The notes under the pieces were generated by a model that had not been told where the DNA came from, ran no database searches, and was given only the letters and a program-made list of their open reading frames with translations. Below, one piece after another: positions 25,910-37,629 of a stretch of DNA of 63,342 nt (positions are counted from its first letter, which is position 1; every line of letters begins with the position of its first letter). A program made the position numbers and the translations under genes. Source of the stretch: Octopus bimaculoides (Eukaryota); contig NC_068997.1 of the NCBI RefSeq assembly GCF_001194135.2, positions 4,954,207-5,017,548 of the forward strand. The letters run 5' to 3'.

Positions 25910-27221
25910 CAACAACAACAACAATTGTAATAATAGCAACAGCAAAAATGATGTTTTTAAACAGCCTTTGCCTATTATGGAAGCTTCTTTGGATAAGTTT
26001 CACAATGTAGTTTTAGTTAATACTTTACATCAGAACAAGCCTCAATTTAACACACCCAGAGCCCAATTTCAGGAATTTACTAAGCATGTCTCAACTGTTC
26101 CTGCAGAATCTTTCATAAATAACTTATCATCTTCAGGAACTGGATCATATGGAAAATATATAGATCTCACCAAAAGAAATCCAGGTTCCGACAAAAGTAA
26201 TGCTAGTCTTGGCAGAAGCAATTTAGGTCTCAATAAAAGTAATGGTTTTACCTCAACTGTTGTGGCATCTCGCACTTCCTTAAATGATGGGGCATCAAGT
26301 TCTTCCACAAAGAGTGGAACATCTAGCTTTTCATCTGCTGTGACATCCGACTCTACCTCAACTGTTAAAGTTTCAAGCTCTTCTTCAAAGAGTGTTGCAT
26401 CTAATACTTCCTTAAATGATGGAGCATCTAGCTCTTCCTCAAATGGATTTACTGGAATAAAATATTCATCATGTTTCTCGGAAAAAAGCAAAAACTTTCA
26501 CGTTTATATTGATTTGAACAATTCAAAACTAGACTGGAATTCTTCTAAAGTTCCAGAAAATTGCAAAAATATTAACAAAAGGACAAATAATTCACGAGAA
26601 CACTCCTCAAATAATCAAGAAGTCAAATTACAAACAAAAGCAAATTCTTCATGCTTCAACTTAACTTCAATCACACCTTTCAAGACACCACTAAATTTCA
26701 AATATTCAAATAAAAATTTCACAAATTTTGCCATTAAAGAAATCACCAATATGACAGTAATTTCTAATGTATGTGATACATCATTGAATAGAAGTTCAAG
26801 AAATATCACACCAAATGTAAATAAAGACTGTTCATTCAGTAAATCAATGAAAGCCACTCCACCTTTATGTAAATGTGGTTGCCGCTCAATGTTGCGCCTC
26901 TGCCAAAAGCCAGGCCCCAATATGGGAAGGCATTTTTACACTTGCCCCTTGAAGACAAGATCGAAAAATAAAAGCAAAAGAGGGAACTCAGTTGAACCAT
27001 GTAATTATTTCCAGTGGGAATCACCAGTATCTCTCCATTCTTCATTTTGTTCTTCACCATTTTCGTCTTCCTCTATTTCCAACCATTCTCTCAACATGTC
27101 CTCGACTACACGAAATCTTTCATTTGCTAAAACTGCCAATCTTTCCACTGGTGAGACATCACAAACACCTAAGTTCAGAAAACAGACAATACGACCATGT
27201 CAGCTTATTCCCTACAAATAA
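25758..27221 (+). CDS. ERI2: ERI2 terminal exon 9 (487 aa): poly-Asn, Ser-rich linker, GRF zinc finger
   Basis: The phase-0 acceptor atttcag|AAC joins exon 8. PPLCKCGCRSMLRLCQKPGPNMGRHFYTCP...CNYFQWE is a zf-GRF, as in vertebrate ERI2. Total CDS 2187 nt = 728 aa. Confidence 0.93.
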
Positions 27222-27430
27222 ACTGTCACCATGTGGGAGTGGGGGTGGGGATGGACATATATTTTTTAAAGCATCATGTCTGCTACTGGTTTTCACTCAG
27301 ATATACACTATGTGTATGTGTTTAATATTAATGCATTTTATTTTAATTTTTTAAAATTTTCTCTCACTTAACCTCTTTGTATCTACAATAATAATGTATC
27401 TCTCTATAAATAATATATTTATTCATTGTT

Positions 27431-27640
27431 CAAGATTCCGACCTGATTAATAATAATAATATAATATTAGTAACATCGTTAGGAATGAGAACCCAGGTTC
27501 GAAATTTCCCCAAGACACCTGACGAAGGCTGGAGGGTATATCAGCCGAAACGTTGTGTTAACAACAAACAAGATGAGGACAAATATCCGTCTAATGTAAA
27601 TAATTCCTCATCTCTTAAATATAGAACTGTATTATTTTTG
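27431..27640 (+). mobile_element. Hammerhead-bearing SINE-like element, copy 2 (head partly deleted), downstream of the ERI2 stop
   Basis: 27479-27591 matches the reverse complement of 22645-22757 at 108/113 nt. Confidence 0.8.
27514..27559 (+). ncRNA. Minimal type I hammerhead ribozyme (probably dimer-dependent)
   Basis: GACAC / CUGACGA / extra A / GGCUG-GAGGGUAUAU-CAGCC / GAAAC-GU-U / GUGUU. Stem III has no loop and lies in the palindrome AACGUU. Confidence 0.65.
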
Positions 27641-28084
27641 TATTAATATTTGTGTATTTTTTTAATATTGTTTTAACCTCCAACTTCTTTTTTTTTTTTT
27701 GGACCCTCTCCTTCTAGCTCATATAAGCTAGTATTGTTTATTTAGCATTCACTCTACCCTGAATTGTGGCACAATATGGACAGATTTCGGAATACCAATG
27801 AACTTTTATGTAAATATATCAACTTAAAGGATAAAGATATTACAATGGATATTACAATGAACAATACCAGGTGGACTCCCACTTTTTATCTCTCGTGTTT
27901 CTCTCTCTTACTTTTTTCTTGGTGACTTCTTTGTGATATAGTACTTGGGAAAGAATATATTTGCGACTGAAGATAGCTTTATACCATCCTGCCTATCAAT
28001 TATATACCCATATAATGATGCAACGACTATGAAACTTGAAACACGTGTACCGCGGAATCCTTTGTGGTCTGTTTATATTTTTAC

Positions 28085-28133
<49 letters not shown>

Positions 28134-28690
28134 ACACACACAGACACATACACACACATGCATATATTGTCTCATTGTTACCTGAAAGAAACTGACAAGG
28201 GAGAAACTCAGTCTAACAACAGAGTACATCATAATTGCTGAATAAATAAAGTCTTCTCTGTGTATTAAACTTTTTTGCCTTCCATTTGTACACTGGAATG
28301 TGTGTACAGTAATCACTCACCATCTGGTTCATCTATTGCGCTCTCAGTACATCACAGATTTTTCTGGCTAATATATGTAAATTTATATTGCAGGCTCCTC
28401 AGTATATCACTGGTTTCTGTGGCTGATAGATATTTATATTTTTTTACATTGCTTATTTTACTACAGAAATAATCGATTTTTCACGCCTAAAAATTAATAA
28501 ATGAAAATACAGAACAGTACTGCAATGTATAACACATTAATTAAAATATATTAAAATAAAGTATGTAGTGTACCGTAGAGGAGTAAACAAAGAATCACAT
28601 GTACTGTATGGAAAACAAAACATGGGAGGCAAGTGTGTGGTGTTGTTTTGCATTTGTGTGTAAAATTGTGAATTTATTTCAAGCCCTACG

Positions 28691-28920
28691 ATGTCACCCA
28701 AACATTCTGCATCTTGTAGGGCTTCTAGCAGTGAACCCAAGTACCAGAGGAAGATACTTACTATAGCAGAGAAGATGAAACTCCTTGACATGCTTAAGGA
28801 AGAGAGAAGCTATGCAGATGTAAGCTGCCATTATGGCAGCAATAAATTTACTGTTCACTACATCAAGAAGAACAAAAAAATATAAAAGCAACAGCAATAG
28901 TGACTTTTAACAAGACTGCG
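28691..28920 (+). mobile_element. Tigger/pogo transposase N-terminal fragment (CENP-B-type psq HTH)
   Basis: MSPKHS...PKYQRKILTIAEKMKLLDMLKEERSYADVSCHYGSNKFTVHYIKKN, then a frameshift or stop. Confidence 0.75.
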
Positions 28921-29251
28921 AAAAGGGTCAGATCCTCAGAAACTGTCCAATTTACGCCAGCAATGAAAACATGCTAAATGATGGCAATGATGATATACAA
29001 AGGTATGGCTATGAGTTTGAAAAGTTCACTTCCCAACCACATGGTTTTGGGTTCAAGCCCATTACACAGCACCATGAGTGTCTTCTACTACAGTCTTGCA
29101 CTGAGCAAAACCTTGTGAGTAGATTTGGTAAATAGAAACTGAAAGAAGATTTATATATATATAAAGTTGAAATTTATAGAAAAACAAAGACAATGACAGA
29201 TGTATGAACAAGTAAGTGTATTAGTTTGACACTCAGGAAAATGAAAAAGTC

Positions 29252-29285
29252 TTTTACGTTTTGAGCCTATGCTCTTCAACAGAAA
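29252..29285 (-). repeat. Degenerate minimal hammerhead, third family
   Basis: The minus strand CTGTTGA-A-GAGC-ATAG-GCTC-AAAAC-GTA has two core substitutions. The surrounding 29170-29290 is homologous to 39125-39227. Confidence 0.5.
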
Positions 29286-31138
29286 TGAATAAGAGAAAAT
29301 AGAGAGAAAAAAACTTGTAGATTTCAGTGGTTTGGCATGGTGAATATATATCATCATCATCATCATCATTGTCTTAACATCCATTTTTCCTTGTTCACAT
29401 AGGTTGGATGGAATTTGTTGAGGCAGATTTTCTATGACCATTAGACCATTCCTGTGATCAACATTGATCTATTTGCAAGGTGATATTTCCCATGACCAGA
29501 CATGTTTTCATGGAAGATTGGGGATGAGGGATATTGCTTTCATGACAGTGACACTCATTTATAACTATTATGCACACAATGGGCTTCTTTCAGTTTCTGT
29601 CTTCCAAATCCACTCACAAGGCTCTGGTCATCCCAGCACTGTAGCAGAAGACACTTGCCCAAGATGTGTGTGTGTGTATACATATGTATGTGTGTGTTAG
29701 TATGTTAGTTCACATCTGCAGCCACTTGTACGAAAGTAAGGTGGTCAGTGTTGTTCATAGTGTCTCCTCTCAACAAAGTCTGAGCACAAGTGGTGGCTCA
29801 TAGATAAAATTAGTTGGGGTGCTGCTTCAGAAAATTTTTAGCCGTTGTTTTAATATTGTGTAAAAGGAAACAAACATATAAAAAGAATATTTATACATAA
29901 ACTTGATCAGTTCGCGTTTTAGCCACTGCAGGGTTGTGTGCTTAATTTGTTCACTGAACACTTCAACGAATTCCCTCTTGTTTTTCAAAAATTACCCCTA
30001 AATCACAAAATAAAGGAGGGGGGGGGGAGAAATCTGCCCTATCTTTCAAATCCTGGCAGCAACACTGAAGCTAGGAGCAGGATAAATGATCTACTTCTCC
30101 ACTTTATCACATTCAAGAATATAAACACGTTTTTAAGCACAACACACGTGGAATCAAAAAGAAACACTACCTTTCACTGACACTGCATGAACGACAGTGC
30201 TGTCTCTCCCTAACATGAAGCCTCCTATCTCGGACATGTGAGCATGCACACAACAGCCAAACACCGCATTGCTGAAACTGTGAAGCGCAAAGTTCTATAC
30301 AAGGATTTTTTTCATAAGCTAGGGGATAACTACTGACATTAAGCTTAAGGATTATATAACATACATGTATAAAGAAAGTATTAAAGAGAAAAGGACTCAT
30401 TATATTGAATGCTGTCAATAATAACGAGTGGAAATAGGGAGTGCTGCAGTTCCGCAGTACCTATATACGAGCCGCCACTGCTGAGCACTCAGTGTCTTCG
30501 ATACCATGTGGAATAAGTGATCTCTGACTTGAAACAAGGGAAGAGATACAACATCTCGATGTATCAACTAACCCATACCAGCATGGGAAAACGAACCTAA
30601 AACAAACGAACACACGCACACACAAGATCGACAATTTCGTTAAAATTGAAATTAAGTCATGATATTAAAACTGTTCATTAACAATGATTATAATAATTTC
30701 TGAAGAAAAAGTAATAATATCATTTCTGTTACCCATTGGGCTACTTTTCATTTGCTTAATAATATAACGAATCTGTTATTTTGAGCGAGAGCTGACCTTG
30801 TTTAAGTTTTGTGGCCAAAACTCGAGTGCTACTCTTAGTCATGCAATCTTCCAGATTGTTTTGTTTAACCCAGGTTAGTGTTGAGCGTATGATCAAAATC
30901 ATTCCAAGACTGATCATTCCGTCAATTATTCAAAGACAGTGTATCTAGGTCCACGTTATCTGATTCAGCCTTCCCTTTTTAAGATAGTTGAGTGCTACGT
31001 AAAGGAAATTTGGCTGCTATTTCTAATAGATCGATTGACCGCGTGAGAGGCAACTTCACTGGCCTGCCTTTTTATCTTATTCCTGTCTACCTTTGATGAC
31101 AGATAATAAAATAGTTAAGACCACACCTGTGGCTTGTA

Positions 31139-31245
31139 CGCATGCGCCCAGGTGTGTACTTGAACGGTTGGAATGTTTAGTTGAACCTCTCATTAATTGA
31201 TTAAACTTAACTTTTGTTCTAATTATTTTCCCTCGCAAGGTAAGG
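31139..31245 (+). promoter_or_regulatory. Possible promoter / 5' UTR exon end for the CD225-like gene
   Basis: NRF1-like CGCATGCG (31139-31146) and a strong donor AAG|gtaagg (31239/31240) upstream of the acceptor at 33918. Unverified. Confidence 0.25.
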
Positions 31246-31315
31246 AATATAATTTAATATAGTCCTATTAATGTTTACTCAACATGTGTTTAATGATATA
31301 TGAACACATACATTT

Positions 31316-31352
<37 letters not shown>

Positions 31353-31544
31353 CTATATCTTAACTTTAAATAGTATACATCGTTCATATAACTATATTTT
31401 TATATATTTAAATTTCTATGGCTTGAATTTTGACACTCTATTTTAAATAAAATAGTTAAAACATACAATTTCTCGTTAACTTTTAAATTTTTAACCCAAA
31501 CATTTCTTTTATCCCCCCTCTTACACACACACACATATATATAC

Positions 31545-31605
<61 letters not shown>

Positions 31606-33444
31606 TGGGGTTAAAATTTAAGCAAGTTTAAGAATAATAACGTAACATTAACTAAAGGAGTGACTCAATAGTGAGAAACAAATCATCAAATTTATAAAAT
31701 TTGTGCTCAGTGAAAGTTACATATACGCATACATACACATACGCACTTCCGATTTACTTAATATATCCACCTGTTAGTAATGTTATTTTTATTCAGAAAG
31801 TGTGTTTCTCATATTTGGAGGGGATCTGCAAGAATTGTAAAAGATGGGGTGAAAAGACAAATTGTTATGCTTATGAAAAATTGACATAGTTTTAGACTGT
31901 TTAAACCATGGTAAAGAAAGATAAAATATATATATGCAAACTGTAATTCGTTTTCTCATTAGTAAAGAATGGAGTTGGGCTCCATTTTTCGGTGAGGTGG
32001 GGGTACCTTGTATTTGTCAGTCAGCCGATTTCTTGTTTGATCTCCTTTTTATTTCCTTATTAAAGAAATACAATTATTAATTCTTCGTCTTCTAAGCAAA
32101 ACGATAAAAAATGGCTAGGTTTTAGAAATAATCATGGTTTACTGAAGGAGCAACTAATGAGTACCAGTAATATATTTAAGTTAATCTAGCCTTACTCTTT
32201 CTCCATTGTGGAAAGTAATTATTGTAGTGAATTTGTAGAATTGGAAGAGCATCGTATAAAATGCATTCCCCTAGTTATGTTGCTTTTAGATTCTGAGTTC
32301 AAAACCCAATGAAGTCGACTGAGCCATTTCATCCTTTTGTGGTTGATGTGATATAACCCTACTCGAGTACTAGAATTGCTCAGGTTTTGTGCCTATCTTA
32401 GAAATTATTGTCATAATTATTATTATTGTTATTTATGTCAATGGTGTTTGAAAAGGCATGAATTTTACAATGCGTCTGCTCTCCAGGCCAACTTGTTGCT
32501 TTTTCATTAGTTCTTGGTTAACGTATCGTCTCTCTAACCTTAATGAAGAACTTTTAAACTCAGACAAAAAAGTTTTGATTCAGAGTTGCACTTCCCTCTA
32601 TTTATATATACTTCAGAATTGTTTACCAGTACACACACAATATTGTTGTTGTTTAGATGATGTCTGCTTCCTTTTACTTCTACAATTAAAGAATATATGA
32701 GATTATATATTAAAGAAGAATATATGAGATATATATTAAAGAAGAATATGTGAAACTATTTATTCCCAAGAATAAGGAGACCAGTCATTAAATGGCTATA
32801 GAATATAATGATCTTTTATTTTAAATATATATACCCCTGAAGAAAATGGTGACATTTGAAACAATGTATATAATACGATCCTCTAACACAATCCAGTTTA
32901 TCTTGAATTTTGAAGAAATGCAATTTATAATTAAATTACGTCTTGTATAAGAAAGTAAATGAAACTTAAAACTCTCGTTTTAAATATTTAATTATAATCT
33001 TTGAGTCGTTTGGTTGCTTTTGTTTACATGATATATTGTTTCCTTATTTCTAGTTGGACCTTGACTTTGAAACTATTGAGATGGAATGTGTGGATAAACG
33101 GTTTTCCATAGCTTGAATCATTATTATTATTTTGGTGGACTAAGGGGTGGTATGATTTAGATTTGGTTGCTATGTCTGACACGTAAAGGGTTTTCTCGAA
33201 TATATTTAGGTTTGTCCAATGTGTTATTTCTTTTTAAAATACTTGTTTGGTTTCTGAATGTGAGGGGCAATTTGAGAGAGATTAGATTATTTCTGTGTGT
33301 TCCAGTGACCACATTTGGCTCCAAAACAGAATTTAAGTTTGAGAAGGAAGGATTTTATACTAAAACCTGACTGGTGGGATGGGCCATGTTTGTAAATATT
33401 ATAGTTCTGGGGGTTTTATTTTCGTAAATTTTCCGTTAAAATTA

Positions 33445-33630
33445 AGACCTTAGGGTCTAACTTCTGCCTATTTAGTCACGATTTTAAGGTTTGTATCCTG
33501 GTCTCAACATTAGTGTCTAACTTCCTATCCACGATTTTAGGATCTAACTTTCTGGTCACAATTTAAGGGTTTGACTCCTGCTCACGACTTTGGGTTTAAC
33601 TTCTTGTGAACAACTTTAAGGTTCACCTTT
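33445..33630. repeat. Degenerate 26-27-bp minisatellite, about 6-7 units
   Basis: Units include cacgattttaaggtttgtatcctggtc, cacgattttaggatctaactttctggt, cacaatttaagggtttgactcctgct and cacgactttgggtttaacttcttgtga. Confidence 0.6.
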
Positions 33631-33961
33631 CTCATATCATACTCTCCTGTTTTAAGTAAAAAATGGTAAGGCACATTTTGTCATGTAGACTAAAATAAAT
33701 AATGATGGAACTGTAATGGTTGGAATACCATTGATACTAGGCGTGCTGCATGAGAGCTGACCTAGAGCTACAAAAACAACACTATGACATTATAACTTAG
33801 GATCCACCTTCCTTGCCATGACTACTGCTGCACATTACACTTTGTTGGTTAAATTGTAATTTAAAATGAAAGAACAAAACATTCTTAGTTTCACCCAGAT
33901 ATTTCTCTCTAATTTCAGATAAACTTTGAACATCACCTGAAAACTCACAGAACTTCTGGAG

Positions 33962-34226
33962 ATGTATTCTGACAAAAGTTCATCCAAAGCCATTGAGGCT
34001 GGTGAATATGAGATGGACCGCAAAAATTGGTCTTCTCAATTGAGTGTGGCTACTACTGGTAGTCGGCACAGCCTCCACTCAGTGTACACTATACATTCTT
34101 CCTATGTCTTACCAATTCTGACTGAAACACCAGACCCTCATAAGAAGCCACCTGACTATTTAGGTTTCTCGATCTGCTCCATTTTCTGCAATCCACTCTT
34201 TGGTATATTTGCAATATTGCTATCAG
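33962..34226 (+). CDS. CD225/dispanin (IFITM/PRRT/TMEM233-like) membrane protein, coding exon 1
   Basis: MYSDKSS...KKPPDYLGFSICSIFCNPLFGIFAILLS is the first CD225 hydrophobic segment. Upstream acceptor at 33918 with in-frame stops before the ATG; donor TCAG|gtaagt, phase 1. Confidence 0.85.
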
Positions 34227-34479
34227 GTAAGTTATATTAAAGATTTACTTCACACCTTCTAGAAATGGGGGAAGGGATCTAAAACAACACCCACTGCTTT
34301 CTTTGCTCATCTCTACCACATTCTCTCTACAAATAAAATTCTGATAACAATGAATGCAGGAATATCTGTGTAGTGATGAAGCTGTTTTGCAACCATGTAG
34401 TTTCTCTGCCATAACCTTCTGTTCGTTAATGCTTTGTGAGTGAAATTTGCTAGAATAGATGTGTGTGTGTGCATGTTTC

Positions 34480-35830
34480 TGTCATCATCATCATTTAACA
34501 CCCATGTTCCATGCTGGCATGGGTTGGACAGTTTGACAGGATCCAGCAGGGTAAGGCATCACCTTGACTCTAGTAGCAGCTAACTATAATGCTACTACAC
34601 CCTGATTAACTATATGGGTGACTAACCTGTATCTTATGCCACCAGAAATTTTAATCATCTTGGCAGTGATTCCTGATGGCCCAGGAATCACTTCATGTCC
34701 TTAATTGCCTTATCTATTATGCTGCTATCAACTCTGATGGCTGTTCCCTCAATTGGTTCAATATTTGGTAAATTCTCCTTCTCCCATTCATTTTCCACAT
34801 TTAGTAACCTTTTATAGTGACACTTCCATGCATCTTTCTTCTCTGAGTCACCACATGCAAGCATACCATTATCCATTTGCACACATTTCTTACCTACCAC
34901 ATCTCTATTTTCTCTGATACACTGCTTTGCAATCCTGAACACCTCATGCCTCTGATCCTCATGCTGTAGAACATTTGCAAATCTCTTACCTTCGGCTACT
35001 CTTTTTGCTATGTATACCTGACACCTAGCTGCCCCTTTTGCTACCTGATATAATTCTCTGCTCGCTCCATTTTCCAGGCCTGTTTTTTGCTTTTATAACA
35101 CTGTCAACCTCCTTGCTCCACCACCATGTCACCCTTATTCTAGCTGGGACTTTGCACCAACCACAGATTTCGTCCGTAACCCTCAGTAGATTGTCCCGCA
35201 GGAAATTCCAGTTGTCCTCTAAGCTATATGTCCCCCAACTCTGCTTCTCTTTCGTCAGAAGCTTCCATTAGTAAATCTCTAAATTTTTATCTGTTTGCTG
35301 GGTCTTTGAGCTTCCATAGTCTTCTTTTCCAGATTGGTTTATTTATCTGAGTCTTTCTAGCTCTAATTCTGAAGTCACTGACTAGTAGCCTATGTTGGGT
35401 TGACACTCTTCACCTGGGAAAGACTTTGCATTTTTAAGCACTCATCTATCTCTTTGTCTGGTGAGGAGGTAGTCAATCTGCCTTATGTGCTCACCAGACT
35501 GATAAGTGATTAGGTGGACAGCTGGTTTTTTTGAAGTTAGCGTTGCAGATCATGAGATCATTTGCATCACAGAACTCCAGCAGTCTTGTTCCCTCCTCAT
35601 TTCTAGATCCAAAACTATAGCCCCCATGCACTCCCTGGAATCCATGGGGAGTGCTGTCCAACATGTTCATTGAAGTCACCAGCCACAATAACAAAGTCTG
35701 TCTTTTGTCTTTGAAGTGGTCTGCAAAATGGCATCACTCTGACATTTCAACAATCTCTCCACTCCTTCCTTTCATTGGGTCAACATTGATGGTAGCAGCC
35801 CTGAGATTGAGTACTTGGGAGTGGTGGTGG
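34480..35830 (-). mobile_element. RTE LINE remnant (APE endonuclease to pre-RT region, fused to the 3' tail)
   Basis: HGGYSFGSRNEEGTRLLEFCDANDLMICNANFKK (APE) and FRIAKQCIRENRDVVG...WKCHYKRLLNVENEW; (ATC)n tail at 34482. Confidence 0.85.
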
Positions 35831-36489
35831 TAAGGTAGTTGTGGAAATGTTGTTATCACCTGACATGAAGATCTGCCAAGACGCCTGCCAGCTTGCATAG
35901 AGCTTTGTTACTGACCTTATTCTGTGAATTACAATGAATGGCAGTTTCCCCCACCTCATCCAACATCTAGAGCAAGAGCCAACAAGTGGGTATGAGAATA
36001 GGGTAGTTACATAGAGCAGTTTAAGTATTATATGTCTAAATATTCATATATGAGGTACCTTTAACTGTATATGATACTCACCAGGGCATGTGTATGAGGA
36101 CATGAGGGTATACTCAAAATATGTATTCACATACACAGCACATGAGATGTATGAGTTGCCAGGTGAAAATGTTAATGTATCAATTAAAATGGTGGTGCGG
36201 GAGGGACAGTGGGCATAATGGGTGTGCAAAATGGACGTTAAGCACAGCCCTTTTGCAAACTAAGCTTTACACACCACATGGCTAGTCGGGCTCAGAAGAA
36301 AGCCATAGTATTTAATAACAATTATTCTTATCATTAAAATATTAATACTAAATTAATATACTTGTACATTTTAATCGTTAAATTTATCACATAAGCAATG
36401 TGAGGGGTTCCGCTGAAATTGAAATGAAATGAAATTACATGTGGCCTTGGCAACTAAATATTGAAAATGGGGGAATTCTAGATTCAGGC

Positions 36490-36800
36490 ACCTTGGGCAA
36501 GTGTCTTCTACTATAGCCTCGGGCCGACCAAAGCCTTGTGAGTGGATTTGGTAGACAGAAACTGAAAGAAGCCCATCGTATAAATGTATATATATATGTA
36601 TGTTTGTGTGTGTTTGTCCCCCCAACATCGCTTGACAACCGATTTTGGTGTGTTCACATCCCTGTAACTTAGCAGTTCGGCAAAAGTGACTGATAGAATA
36701 AGTACTAGGCTTACAAAGAATAAGTCCTGGGGTCGATTTGCTTGATTAAAGGTGGTGCTCCAGCATGGCCACAGTCAAATAACTGAAACAAGTAAAAGAG
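36490..36800 (+). mobile_element. SINE family A, 5'-truncated
   Basis: Colinear with 9410-9712. Confidence 0.85.
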
Positions 36801-37076
36801 TAGTAGTAATAATAACTTAGCTGTTGACTTAGAAAGAGCAAGGGAGTTGTAGATTCATGAAATGGCATCGAAGGAATAGAACGATATTTGGGAATGTATT
36901 TTAAATATACGACAGACATTGGGGAAGAACGTTGAGAGCACAGCCCTTTTGCAAAATTAAGCATTACGCACCACATAGCTAGTCAGGCTCAGAAGAAAAG
37001 CCATTGTATTAAAATAATACTTATTATGGATAAAATATAAATGTTTGCTAAAGTTGTCTTTTCTTTTTGTTCTCAG

Positions 37077-37237
37077 AAAAATCCCGAGCATATTACCACA
37101 GGTGTAAATACAGGAAGGCAGCATTGTGTGGCACCTATGCCTATGGAGTAGCCCTTGGTGGATTAATATGTACTACTATTTTGTTGCTTCTGATTGCGGC
37201 ACTGTTAATCTGGAGTACTGTACCTTATGTTGAATAA
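37077..37237 (+). CDS. CD225/dispanin-like protein, coding exon 2 (E)KSRAYYHRCKYRKAALCGTYAYGVALGGLICTTILLLLIAALLIWSTVPYVE*
   Basis: Acceptor ttttgttctcag, phase 1 matches exon 1. Encodes the CD225 intracellular loop and C-terminal TM helix; total 141 aa. Confidence 0.8.
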
Positions 37238-37552
37238 GATGAATCTCTTGTGGAATTAGGACAGAGAGAAAGAGAAGACCTTCCCCTATTCCCTTCTTCA
37301 TGAACAATACGTATCTATATACATTCAAGCGTGTGTATATACACACATATAAACACAGGAAAAGTAGCCTATTTATACATATGTATATATAATTCATTAA
37401 ACCTGAGACTTCATTCAATTTGTAGCAATGATAGAGTAATGACTTAGCGTCAAAGAAATAATGTGTGTATAGTTATAAGAATTTTTATTAGAAACATCAA
37501 ACGATACAAAATAATTGTTTTAGCAGTAGAACTCAAAGTAGATAAAGCTATA

Positions 37553-37629
<77 letters not shown>

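Noticed and set aside
26069-26920. Antisense ORFs (140 aa, 101 aa) over ERI2 exon 9
   Set aside because: Shadow frames of Ser/Asn-rich coding sequence with no recognisable motifs.
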